Shown here one piece after another: positions 52,425-64,000 of a stretch of 64,000 nt of DNA. Each line of letters opens with the position of its first letter. Position 1 is the stretch's first letter. The translations under genes and the position numbers were made by a program. The notes beneath the pieces are model-generated. The model worked only from the letters and a program-made list of their open reading frames with translations. It ran no database searches and was not told where the DNA came from. This stretch comes from Octopus sinensis (Eukaryota), in the NCBI RefSeq assembly GCF_006345805.1, contig NC_042998.1, positions 137,020,001-137,084,000 on the forward strand, written 5' to 3'.

Positions 52425-54662
52425 TATATAATATAGATATAATATATATATATAAGTATATGAAAGAATGGAGTTGAACGACTAGCTAACAAATATCCTT
52501 TATTCTTGACATATGTTTCGAAGGCTGCTATTCCTAATTCCGAAGGAATAAGGAGTACATTATGCAGATTTCTCATCAGGAAAATCAAGGAACTATGTCG
52601 ACATCAAAATGCACAAAAAACTGAAATTATAAGGCGAATTAAAAAATGGACATGGTTGACATGGTGTTGATTAATTTAACCTGTTGATCACTGGAAAGAA
52701 GAGATAAAACAACCAAAGAGACGACATCGCCATGTGTTACGGTTTAACTTTTCTTGTTTTGAGAAAAAAAAAAAAGAGTAGCAAAACATGTTCGGGAGAT
52801 AGAGGAGGAAGAGTAAAAGGAAAATAGAGGAAGTTATATCATCTGGGGGAGGAAGAGTATAAGAGAGAAACGCAAACAAAGTGATAGAAAAGAGAGCGTA
52901 AGAGGCAAAAAGATAAATATAGAGAAATGAGAAGACTCATAGATAGAGAGGATTGACAGAGAATTGACAGAAATGGAAGAAGAATCAGTTGAAAAGAGAG
53001 TAAACAAACATAGAAAGAGGAAAAGTGGGAAGAAAAAAGCAAACAGAAGAGACAGAGGGAAAGACAGAGAGAGAGAGAAGACAACACCACACACACAGAC
53101 AGAGAGATAGAGAGAGATATATTAAGAAGTGATGACTGAAAGAAAGTGGAGGAGAATATAAGTAGAGGAGAGAAGTAAACAACCATTGAAAGAGGGAAAG
53201 TGGAGAGAGAAGCAAACAGAAGAGGCAGGGAAAGATAAAGAGAGGGTAAGAAAGAGACAGAAAGATAGATATATATACAGATGAGATGGCTGATAGAAAA
53301 GGGAAGAGAATATAAGTAGGAAAGAAAGAGTAAACAAAGATAGAAAGAAGAAGAGTGAGAGAGGATAAGTAAGAGTAAAATTGAAATGTGAAGATGAAGA
53401 GGTTCTTGAGAAAATTTGTTAAAAGGATTGTATTATTATAATCTAATAATGATTCTGTTTGTCATAGTGTAATTTAACCTGTCGGAAAAGCTCTCACGTG
53501 ATTAGAGAAACAGAGGAAAAAGAAAAGGAGAGAGAAAAGAGGTACAGAGAGGGAAGTGACCATGACTTGAGGTAGAGGGAATGTAATTATAATATTTCAC
53601 GTGATTAGTTGAAGGAAGGAGAGGAGAAAGGAAAAGAGAGAGAAAAGAGGATAAGACGTGGAGTGAGACAGAAAGAGAGTGAAGGAAACGTGAGGGAGAG
53701 AGAAGTATCCATGACGAGGTACGGGAAACGTAATATTATTAAGTGGTTAAAAGTGTTAGTGAAGGTATTGGAGGAGAGTTAAAGATATAAATTTAGGGAG
53801 TGAGTGATATTCTGGTGGAGAGATCAATGAAAGACAGAGAGAGGGGAGAAAGATGAGAGAGAGAGAGGGCAGAGAGGGAGACGAGGGAGAGAAAGGGGAG
53901 AAAGAGAGGTGATGATGATGGTAATGGTGGTGAAGTCGGGTGGGGCGGGTGGACAGGATAATGAAAAACGTTTTTAATTGAACTAAGTTTTTATATCACC
54001 TATCACTTACTTCAAGCGCATAAGTGCAATTCCATGAAATATTCAATCTTATTTTCATGGCAGATATGTGTAATTTAATTAAAGTTTGTATTCTATGTAC
54101 GGAATATTTTTAATGGGAAAAAGGGGAAAATACGCCTGAATGTTTATTGTATGAGGGCTGCGTATTGAGTCTATATAATTGTGCATAAATTATATAGAGT
54201 GCATATATAATGTGCCTTAAGTAATCGTCGTATTCCAATTCTTTCACCTTTCAATGAGTAGCAGATGAGCGAATGTCTTTCCATACAGACACAATACAGG
54301 CTACGCTTTCAGCTTCCAGTTTCAGAAATAAGCCAACAGTTTATCATTAATTCCGTGAAATATTGATAGTCCCGCTAGTTATTAATTACTATACTATAAA
54401 ACTTATATGAAAAGAAAGGTTAAAAGTACAATGAATATTTTAACATAAAGTATATGCAATTTAACCAAATTTAAGAAAGTTAACGGAAATAAATATTGAA
54501 GAACGCGATTTTCCTATATATTTTGCTCAAGCACGTCCTGGTTTCCATTTTCTTTTTTTCGTTCTTCACATATTTCACTCGTTTTCCCCTCGATTGTTTA
54601 CATATTTCATGTTATTTGCACTGCTAGTGATGTCCGGTGCCCATATATACATTCACACACAC

Positions 54663-54707
<45 letters not shown>

Positions 54708-56640
54708 TGTGTATGTATGTATGTATGTATGTATGTATGTATGTATGTTATGTATGTATGTAGATATAATATATATTTATTATTAATTGAACGCGACGCA
54801 TCCATTTCTAAGTAAGTTTTTTCTTCACCTTATTGATGCGACTCTCTACTCTATACTGTTTTCTTCCTCCATTCTTCTAACTATTCCCTTTCCCTCCCTC
54901 CTTCACCATTTTCTATCTCCAGGCTAGAGAGAAAGAAAAAGGCTGGTTATTCCCCTAAAATTCTGAATAAATACTAAATATGATTTTCATAAAGTTTTGA
55001 TTAAGCAATACACGCTTTCTCCTATTAAAGACCGTCTACAAATTATTTCTGTATATATGCTTATTTACAAACATTATTTTTTTGACTTGTAAATAATTAT
55101 AGCCTTGGGCCGACCAAAGAACTTGGTAGACAGAAACTGTAAGGTATTTGAGGACATATGTTAATTTTATTATAGCAGCATATTTATCAACTTAATATTT
55201 CCTATATTTCGGAATTATCAATGGCAGACCTTATGATTACAAAAGACATGTAGAGGCAAGTAGTCATCATAGCAATAAAGGCTGAACATAGAAATTTAGA
55301 AATAACACGATTAAATGTTGCTAGATCCTTCATCTACAAAATTCGCAAGGAGTTAGATGGAAATGTATCACAAGTATCAAAAGGTAAGAAACATTGTAGA
55401 CGCACAAATACTATTAGAACACCAGAATTTATTCAACAAGTAAAGCAGACCATTGATGACAATCCCAGAAGATCCTTGAGGTTGATTGCAAAAGAACACC
55501 ATGTTTCAAAAGGAATAATCCGAAATGTTGTCTACAAAGATATCAGATACAAATCCTATGCGGTGAGTAAGGTAATATCATGTCAGAAACAGTGAAGGAA
55601 AATCGCTTTAACAGATCTAAAAGACTCCTGAACAAACTTGAAAATCCAGCAGAGAAAGATGTCATTTGGTTCTTCTCAAACGAGAAAAACTTTGATGAAG
55701 ATCAGAAAGTAACAGAAGAAATGACAGATGCCTATGTACAGACCCTCGGCACCATCACACAAGGCTACAGCAACGCAGGAATAGATGGTGGAAAATTTGC
55801 ATGACCACATAACCCCAAACATTTGGCCTTCTAGCTTCCCAAATCTCAATCCATTGGATAACTATGTACAGACGGTAGTTGAGAAAGAGGTTAATGAGCA
55901 CCCTCATATCACCAAAGAATCCCTAAAAGCCTCCATAATCAGAGTAACGTCCAATATGAACACAGATCATTTTATCTTAGTATGTAGACGATTCAGACCT
56001 CGCATAGAAGTCATTACTGAAGTTGACAGAGACTTTATTGAATACAATGACGAAACAATATCGTATTCTTATCTTCAAAGCCCTTTTCAGTAACAAGGCA
56101 TTTTGTTTGTTGTTTTTTTAAGAGTTATTTTTGTGATACGTATATGTTTGTTTGTTTGTGTGTTACCCTACCATCGCTTGACAACTGATGTTGGTGTCTT
56201 TACGTCCCCGTAACTTAACGTTTAGGCAAAAGACATCGATAGAATAAGTACTAAGCTTACAAAGAATAAGTCCTGGTGTCGATTTGCTCGACTAAAGGCG
56301 GTGCTCCAACATGGCTGCAATCAAATGACTGAAACAAATAAAGGAATAAAAGAATAAAAGAATATATGTATATATGTTTCTTTGTCTATGTTTGTCCCCC
56401 ACCATCGCTTGAAAACCGATGTCGGTGTGTTTACGTCCCCGTAACATAGTGGTTTGGCAAAAGAGACTGATGGAATAAGTACTAGGCTGACAAAGAATAA
56501 GGCCTGAGGTCGATTTGGTCGACTAAAGGCGGCGTCCAACATGGCTGCAGTCAAATGACTGAAAGAATAAAAGAATAAAAGAATATATATAAATATATAT
56601 ATATATATATATTTATATTATATATATATATATATTATAT

Positions 56641-56682
<42 letters not shown>

Positions 56683-56864
56683 TATGATTGAAAGAATGGA
56701 GTTGAACGACTAGCTAACAAATATCCTTTATTCTTGACATATGTTTCGAAGGCTGCATATCCTAATTCCGAAGGAATAAGGAGTACATTATGCAGATTTC
56801 TCATCAGGAAAATCAAGGAACTTATGTCGACATCAAAATGCACAAAAAACTGAAATTATAAGGC
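48385..56864. repeat. ~4.2-kb tandem duplication (copy 1 ~48385-52636; copy 2 ~52650-56864)
   Basis: Both copies run from GGACATGGTGTTGATT to CACAAAAAACTGAAATTATAAGGC; many differences are 1-nt indels. Confidence 0.92.
50990..51790 (+). mobile_element. Degenerate IS630-Tc1-mariner transposase (maT/DD37D-like); duplicate at ~55245-56050
   Basis: WFFSNEKNFDEDQKVNRRNDR and WPSSFPNLNPLDNYV (WPPSSPDLNPLDY-like) motifs. Confidence 0.75.
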
Positions 56865-57489
56865 TGTAAATAATTGCCACAGTTTAATCTGGTGTAGGCA
56901 TCCACTAACATAAGGTGTGGATTTTTCGATTATTTGCGTAAGATTTCAAACTCAATACGAAACTAGTAAAATTTGTAGCTTTGCTTTTTCCCTTATGTCG
57001 GAAGGAAGCTATTTGATTAGCAAAAAAGGATAAAACTTTGACTTGTTTTAATATTTTTAGTACTTACAATTAATTTCCATGATAATTATCAGTTTGGTAT
57101 ATTTGGGGTAATATATGCTTGATATATATATGGTTTTTTATCTGAGCACTTCAAACTACTGGCTATACAATAAACAAAGAAATAAACTATGCCATCTTAA
57201 TCCCGTTATCATTATCACAAACCAAGCCACTCGCTATACATGTACATCTCCAAAATATATATATATATAATGCATATGTGGGAAATTCTGTCTGAGGGTG
57301 TGTTTGTGGAGTTGTTAGCTAACTCCTCCTACATTGTTTTGTCGATTTTGATGAAACTTGACACATGAGTAGAACTCATGTCATAGCATTTTCAGATGGT
57401 TGAAAAAAAAATCGATAATAGGGCCCCTGAAAGGGATACTTATATATATCTAATATATTTTATTTTAAAAACCAAGGGAAATAACCCAT

Positions 57490-58400
57490 TCGCCCCTGTT
57501 AGAAAGGATCACAAAAGTACAGCTCCCAAAGTCACTGCAGAGGTTAATGACCACCTCGAGAACCCAATTTCCACAAAAACTGTTCGCCGGTAGCTGCACA
57601 AAGCCGGATGTCACGGGAGGGCTGCTATCAGAAAACCACTACTTTTAAAAACAAACATCGCAAAGCATTTAGAGTGGAGTAAAAAACTACAGAATTGTTC
57701 CCAAGCACAGTGGAAGAATGTTACTTTCTCAGACGAGTCATCCTTTACCTTATTTCCGACCACCGGCCGAGTATACGTGTGGAGGCAGCCAAAAGAAGCT
57801 TTTTACCCAGGATGCCTTCTTCCAACTGTTAAACATGGAGAAGGAACTGTGATGATTTGAGGCGGGGGGCTATATCTTGGAAATTCGCTTAAAGACCAAC
57901 CTCGTTCAGGACGACCGTCAACTTCCCGAACGAATAAAAGCAACACGAAAATTCATGAACTGATCTTGGAAGACCGCCACAGAACAATTTACAAACTTGT
58001 TAATATGACTGGTGTGACATGAAGCTCCTGCCAACGAATTTTGAGCTAGAGATTGCGAATGAAAAGAGTTGCTGCAATATTTGTGCCTCCTTTGCTCACG
58101 GAAGATCAAAAGCAGTCACGACTGAATGCGTGTCGTGAACTGATAAAAACAGTTATACGTTGTTCTGGGCCTTTTTTGAAGGTCATCACTAGTGACGAAA
58201 GCTGGTGCTACGATATTTGCAGATGAAAATAGGTGAAGAAAAAGTGACGGAGGCGTTGAAAGGTATCACTTCGCAAGATTTGTAGCACTGATTAGAATAA
58301 TGGAAAACGCATCTGATCCGATACATGTCTTCAAAGGAGAATAATCTGAAGGCAATAAAAGTGTAAGCATGAAAAACTAAGTGCATAATTCGGTTTCTTT
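57490..58400 (+). mobile_element. Juxtaposed Tc1 fragment (~57490-57880) and mariner fragment (~57890-58400)
   Basis: KTVRR..RKPLL..QWKNVTFSDES..TVKHG, then SGRPST..RMKRVAAIFVP..ITSDESW. Confidence 0.75.
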
Positions 58401-58727
58401 GGGTACCCACGTATATATATATATATATATTATATATAATATATATATATATATATTTATATCCTTTTTATTTCTTTTACTTGTTCAGGAATTTGACTGT
58501 GGCCTGCGGGAGCACCGCCTTTAGTCGAGCAGATCACCCCCAGGACTTATTCTTTTAAGCCTAGTACGTATTCTATCGGTCTCTTTGTCGAACTGCTAAG
58601 TTACGGGAACGTAAAACACCTGCATCGGTTCTCAAGCGATGTTTGGGGAAGGGACAAACACAACACACACACACATACACCCACACCACACACACATATA
58701 TTATATATATATACATTACATACATAT

Positions 58728-58779
<52 letters not shown>

Positions 58780-58780
<1 letters not shown>

Positions 58781-58990
58781 GAGGCGCAATGGCCTAGTGG
58801 TTAGGGCAGCGGACTCGCGGTCGCAGGATCGCGGTTTCGATTCCCGACGGGCGTATTGTGTTTGTGTTTATTGAGCGAAAACACCTAAAAGCTCTACGAG
58901 GCTCCGGCAGGGGATGGTGGTGATCCCTGCTGTACTCTTTCCACCACAATGCGGTGCCCCAGCATGGCCACAGCTCAAGAGCTGAAACTG
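58780..58990 (+). mobile_element. tRNA-derived octopus SINE
   Basis: GGCGCAATGGCCTAGTGGTTAGGGCAGCGGACTCGCGG...GGTTTCGATTCCC head followed by non-tRNA sequence. Confidence 0.75.
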
Positions 58991-59046
58991 GAAAAACAAA
59001 CAAAAAACAAACATATTATATATATATACATACATATATATATATG

Positions 59047-59089
<43 letters not shown>

Positions 59090-59100
59090 CATATATAATA

Positions 59101-59144
<44 letters not shown>

Positions 59145-59164
59145 TATATATATATATATAGTAC

Positions 59165-59315
59165 ATACGACGGGCTTCTCGCGGTTTTCGTCTACCAAAT
59201 CCACTCGCAAGGCTGTCATACTGTCTTCTATTATGCCCGAGTCCATAGTAGAAGACACTAGCCCAAGGTGCCACGCGGTGGGACAGAACCGGGAACCATG
59301 TAGTTGGTAAGCACA
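59165..59315 (-). mobile_element. SINE copy of the same family as the split SINE in OctTK intron 1
   Basis: CTTACCAACTACATGGTTCCCGG...GGCACCTTGGGCTAGTGTCTTCTACTAT on the minus strand. Confidence 0.7.
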
Positions 59316-59930
59316 TATATGCTAGGCCACTGGTTTTAATTGATAAATATCAATTTCTACCCTTATTTAATTTTAAATTTTTAAAAATGTTCTCTAGCCG
59401 GTAAATTGACTGCTGTAGTTTATTAACTGCAGAGTAATTTCCGATCTCAGCGCGCGGAAGTGAAGGCATTTGGAAGATACACATAAATATAATTTGTAGA
59501 ACTTTATACATATGGATTTCAGTTGAGCGTTCTGTATCTAGTTCTGGAAATTGTGTTTTCTAAACGACAGACTATGCTGATGATCTTGCAGATGTTTACG
59601 TATCCATATACGTAAATATTAACAAGTGAAACTAATTAGTACATAGGTAATCGTTTCTTTTTATTTCGTATATTTCCATTTGCCTTGCTTATTTTTACAC
59701 TGGTTTTTTGCTGAAATTTTTTCTTGAGAAGACATTCTTCGTGAAAAATAGCGATTTTGATGTCTATATCTAGCATATAGGCTGTCTACTTTTAGTGGTC
59801 AGTCCTCTAAATTTTGTATGTAAAATCATTTTTAATCTTCGGATTTTTTTAAAATATGCTAGGCCAAGGTTTTAATTTGATTTAATCAATTTCTTACCCA
59901 TATATATATATATGTGTGTGTGTGTGTATA

Positions 59931-59961
<31 letters not shown>

Positions 59962-60056
59962 CTATATATATATATATATATATATATATAATGTATGTGT
60001 GTGTGTGTGTGTGTGTGTGGGTTGTGGGTGTTATATATATATATATATATATATAA

Positions 60057-60099
<43 letters not shown>

Positions 60100-60449
60100 C
60101 ATATATATATATATATACGGGGGGGCCCAAAAGAAACTGGAATTATGCACTTAGTTTTACATGCCAGACGCACTATTAAAAGCATGACACCAATCCACCA
60201 CCAAATCTACGGTAAAACACTCCTTACAGTGGCAGTTCTAGTCCATATTTTCCTCGAAACTCAGAAGTCACAAAGATATCTTCTGATAGTAAAATCAACA
60301 GCCACAAACCATATAATGATAACCGCATACAATAGCACAACCATAACAACTCCAGGAACCAATTCCATTTTAACCATGATGAATCTGGCAAAATAAATCC
60401 GTAACAGCCTTTTCGCTTTCAAACAACACCAACCACAGCTTTTACCCCA

Positions 60450-62250
60450 GAGCACAATCACCTACCATTCCTCTCATTAACTCACAAACCGAATTGAGTA
60501 ATAATGCTGGACACACTTCACGCTTCACAAATCGAACAAAGGTATCGTACCTCAGAGACACTGCACACATAAACATGTATTGTACTAACTAAAGTACATT
60601 TGACCCTAGACATACTGGCTGGGTAATATATACGGTATATTATATACCACACAGAACTGGGCGCAGAACATGGAGTAGAGCTCTTTATCCGTGAAGACCT
60701 AGTAACAAGTGTCTTCTTCTCCCACTCTAACAGTGTGAGACACGCTAATAATTGGATCATAGGCGTTACCTATCGTCTTCCTGGTATATTTAAAAACCGA
60801 GGTCAATTCTATGATGCTTTGCCATTCATAATAAGCCCTAGGTGATACCAATACATAAGCTAATGTACTTTTAACAGGAGGTATCAATTTTTATAGTTTC
60901 AGCTGGCTTGAGGGCTATATCCATCCTAGGACTAAACAACTAAATAGGAGAAATATAAAGGCTTTCCTCGATACTACAAAAGATTTCCTCTTGCAAGAAG
61001 GTATTACTTCTCCAACTAGAGGAGTGACATACTCGATATAGTCTTTACCACCAATATATACTTTTTTCGCAATGTTCATGTCATTTCAACAGCTATTTCT
61101 GATGATATCATCATACAATATTCTGTATATGGTTTCAAAAGGGCAATACACACAAATATCATCAAGCACGACTCACCCTTCAGGAACTTGAATTTTAGGA
61201 AAACCAAGTGGAAAGAAATCAAAATTGAGATCCTCAAAATAAACTGGTCCCAACATATTGACAATCTTAAAGTTAACGAAGAAATTTAGTTTCTATACGA
61301 AGATTTAATTCATATCCGTCGAAAGCATGTCCCATATAAACTCGAGTGTTCTTGCAAGCACTTCAGATCACGAAATAGACGGACACTAATGCGTAACACA
61401 ACCAAATTCACAAAACAATTAAAAAAAGAAGTCCTTTCAACAGTCCTAAAAATATCGTATAAGAAACAAACTTCGCTGAAGGAACACCGAGCAGTGGATA
61501 AAATAAAGACTAATAATAAGTTGTTTTTCTAATTTGCTAAACAAAATTCATCTGTACATAACCAGATTGTCCCTCTAGTAGGCCAACATGAATCATATAC
61601 TAATTACTCAGCACAAATATACGCACGTTTCAGTCAACAATATCACAGTACATTTTCCCAACATACAATTAGCAAAATAGTGCCTAATCCAAACGAATTC
61701 TTTGATTCCCAGACTTACACCGCAGAGACACATCTAGAAATTTATGATTTTATAGAAGGTGATATACTTGCAGCTATTAATGAGCAACATTTAGACGCGA
61801 CATCAGCACCAAATGGCCACCCACATATATTGTTAAAATCGAGCAAAACAGCATCACCAAACTATTAATTAGGTTATTTAAAAAATCACTAGAAACTAGT
61901 ATATTCCCATAATTACTGACAGACACAATAGTAATACTTACACACAAAGGAGTTAGCAGGGCTGGAGCTAAAAAGGACAGACCTGTTTCTCTAACATTTC
62001 ACACATCCAATATTGTAGGAAGCATTGTCCGAAAAAAATAATTACGTGCCCTGAAGAAGACAGACTCTCATATGGCACCCAGCATGGTCTTTATAGTATA
62101 AGAAGTTGCCTGATATAACAATTACAGCACTATAACACTTTCCTCAATATTCTCTTGAGAGGAATAGACACCCACTGCATATACCATAATTCTGTTAAAA
62201 TGTTTCACAAGATCGATCATGAAATCATATGTCTTAGGATATGTTTCCGG
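60450..62250 (+). mobile_element. Degenerate LINE ORF2 remnant (endonuclease to RT start)
   Basis: Interrupted motifs GVELFIRED, RGDxILD, KLFF.FAK, SAPNGHP and RPVSLT. Confidence 0.6.
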
Positions 62251-62910
62251 GTTCATTCGCACACTATTCTGTTACACTATTTTATTAATAGGCATACGCA
62301 AGCCCTCAGTCCTACATCAATTGTGTGACAGATGGAGGATGAGACGGCTGCACCAGCACCCAACAGATACTCGTTAGAGCAAAGGGAAATGAAGTACTGT
62401 CATTAAGGACACAACTTTCGGTCCTCTTTAGAAATGTAACTTGCCACCTTATGATCATGAGCCAATCAACACAAATACCAGGACACATGCTAATAATTTC
62501 AGGTGCTCTGCTATGTTCTAACTATCACTTTTTAATAATGAGAAAATATTGATCATAAACTTGTTTCACTGGCCATCATTTAATATTGAGAGATACAACG
62601 AAGGATATCAAAAGAATCCAATACACGCTTACAGTAATGAATTGTTAAGTAGTAGTACCTTTTATAAAGTAAATAATATAATCAATTACATTTAGTCGTA
62701 ATACACTTTATCTGTGATCAACAGATGTATCAACAATATTTGCAATGTAAGTTATGTTGACATTGATTTTTGAGTGCATAGAGTACTGTAGCCAAACACG
62801 CACACGACTTGAGTATGTTGCAGAACAATGACAGAATCAGTGAGATAAAATGATATAGAAGTGAGATGGAACAGATAACAATAAGTCATTTCACCATCGA
62901 GATTTTCAGC

Positions 62911-63192
62911 ATGGTCAAAATTATCTGTTTGATTTATGCAGTCCTCCTGGTCGGACTACTGCAGAGTCGTTTTGCAAGAAGTGAAATTTTGAATGGAGAT
63001 GCTGAAGGTGCTGGTGATGCTTTGTCTCTAGAAAAACGAAGTGAAATTTTGTATGAAGATAATTTGTCTAGCGCTTAAGTTGCTGGAGGTGCTGGTGATG
63101 CTTTATCTCAAGACAAACGTTCTCGAGGACGATCTCATAAGAAAAAGAAATCTTGCGGTAAACATCAAGGACGAAAGAAGCATGGAAAATAA
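62911..63192 (+). pseudogene. Family 2 member C with in-frame TAA at 63076-63078; the frame continues VAGGAGDALSQDKRSRGRSHKKKKSCGKHQGRKKHGK-stop
   Basis: First ~45 codons are close to member A. The frame after the stop is open and ends in the family GK-stop. The TATA position reads TATAGAAG. Could be a pseudogene, a null allele or a base error. Confidence 0.75.
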
Positions 63193-64000
63193 TGATTGAG
63201 GCAAAACGGATCCATCAGCCTTCTGAAATATAATTTAGTTTTCTGAAAATCTTTAAAAGGTAACGTATCCACTGAAACGTATTATGGCATCCTGTTTTAA
63301 TTTACAGAGTAGATTCAAAACTTATATAAATAAGTACGCAGAGATTTTTGTATTCCTTTCTTAATCATTTTGTATTCGCATTTTACCTAATTTCAGGCCA
63401 CTGTAGAATGTTTTCTTCGATTTCTAAAATAAATATAACACGCAAAAGTTTCAGAAAGCATAAATAAACCAAGAATCTTTTGTAATAAAACTGTAATGCA
63501 TCTTTAAATTTGGCTGATTATATTATATAAATCTCTTTCGATAGCCCCCAAGAAACTTTTTTTGCTGTGAATAAATATTCTTCCAAGTAATTAGAATCTC
63601 CTCTTAGGAAACGTGGGCTTTAAACAGCATCATTAATGTTTTGTGATACACATTGTGTTAGAAACATATATGAAGCTAACTTTCTTTCTACACCTCGATC
63701 CCTGGATCTTACAAATATATTTGTAAATCATAGATATATTTGTTAAGGGCTTAACTATCATCTGATGAGTACTTATCCAATTTATATCTCTTTATATTTT
63801 AATGTGAAATCTACATATGTACATATATAGTGGGAGAACTCGGAGAATTTTTATCGAAAGACCGATAAATACTTAATTAAAAATGTAGATATAAAAACAG
63901 TATACCTTTAATGTTAAGCCGTCTATAAATAGTAGCTATTAATAAAGAGCACTCTCCAAATTTTCCCGCGAATATTCTGCGTATATATGTGTGTGTTTGT

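Noticed and set aside
58780-58850. tRNA-like sequence (also 32330-32400)
   Set aside because: No complete cloverleaf or 3' acceptor stem, and it continues into SINE body, so it is a SINE head rather than a tRNA gene.

Overview
AT-rich, microsatellite- and transposon-dense eukaryotic DNA, almost certainly Octopus (vulgaris/sinensis type). The evidence is a two-exon gene for the salivary-gland (venom) tachykinin precursor carrying KPPSSSEFVGLM-GR (OctTK-II, recognised from memory, not database-checked) plus typical octopus SINEs. The main result is a cluster of small secreted-peptide precursor genes hidden among the repeats. Family 1 is tachykinin-like: OctTK-II (17.5-17.8 kb, -), two paralogues that keep the precursor scaffold and exon structure but lack the FxGLM-amide motif (39 kb, -; 42.6 kb, +, with an internal 183-bp duplication), and a promoter-plus-fragment relic (25.6 kb). 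Family 2 I do not recognise: three paralogues (1.9 kb +, 36.2 kb -, 62.9 kb + with one in-frame stop) share a signal peptide, an acidic spacer, KR sites and a terminal GK-stop amidation signal, but have unrelated His-rich, Cys-containing or Lys/Arg-rich C-terminal peptides. A weaker eighth candidate lies at 27.7 kb. The rest comprises degenerate mariner/Tc1 elements, LINE remnants, SINEs, foldback/MITE-like elements, a 1.5-kb ORF1-only retroelement with a 13-bp TSD inserted in a SINE inside OctTK intron 1, and a ~4.2-kb tandem duplication. Splice sites, cleavage sites and promoters are manual predictions; repeat boundaries are approximate.
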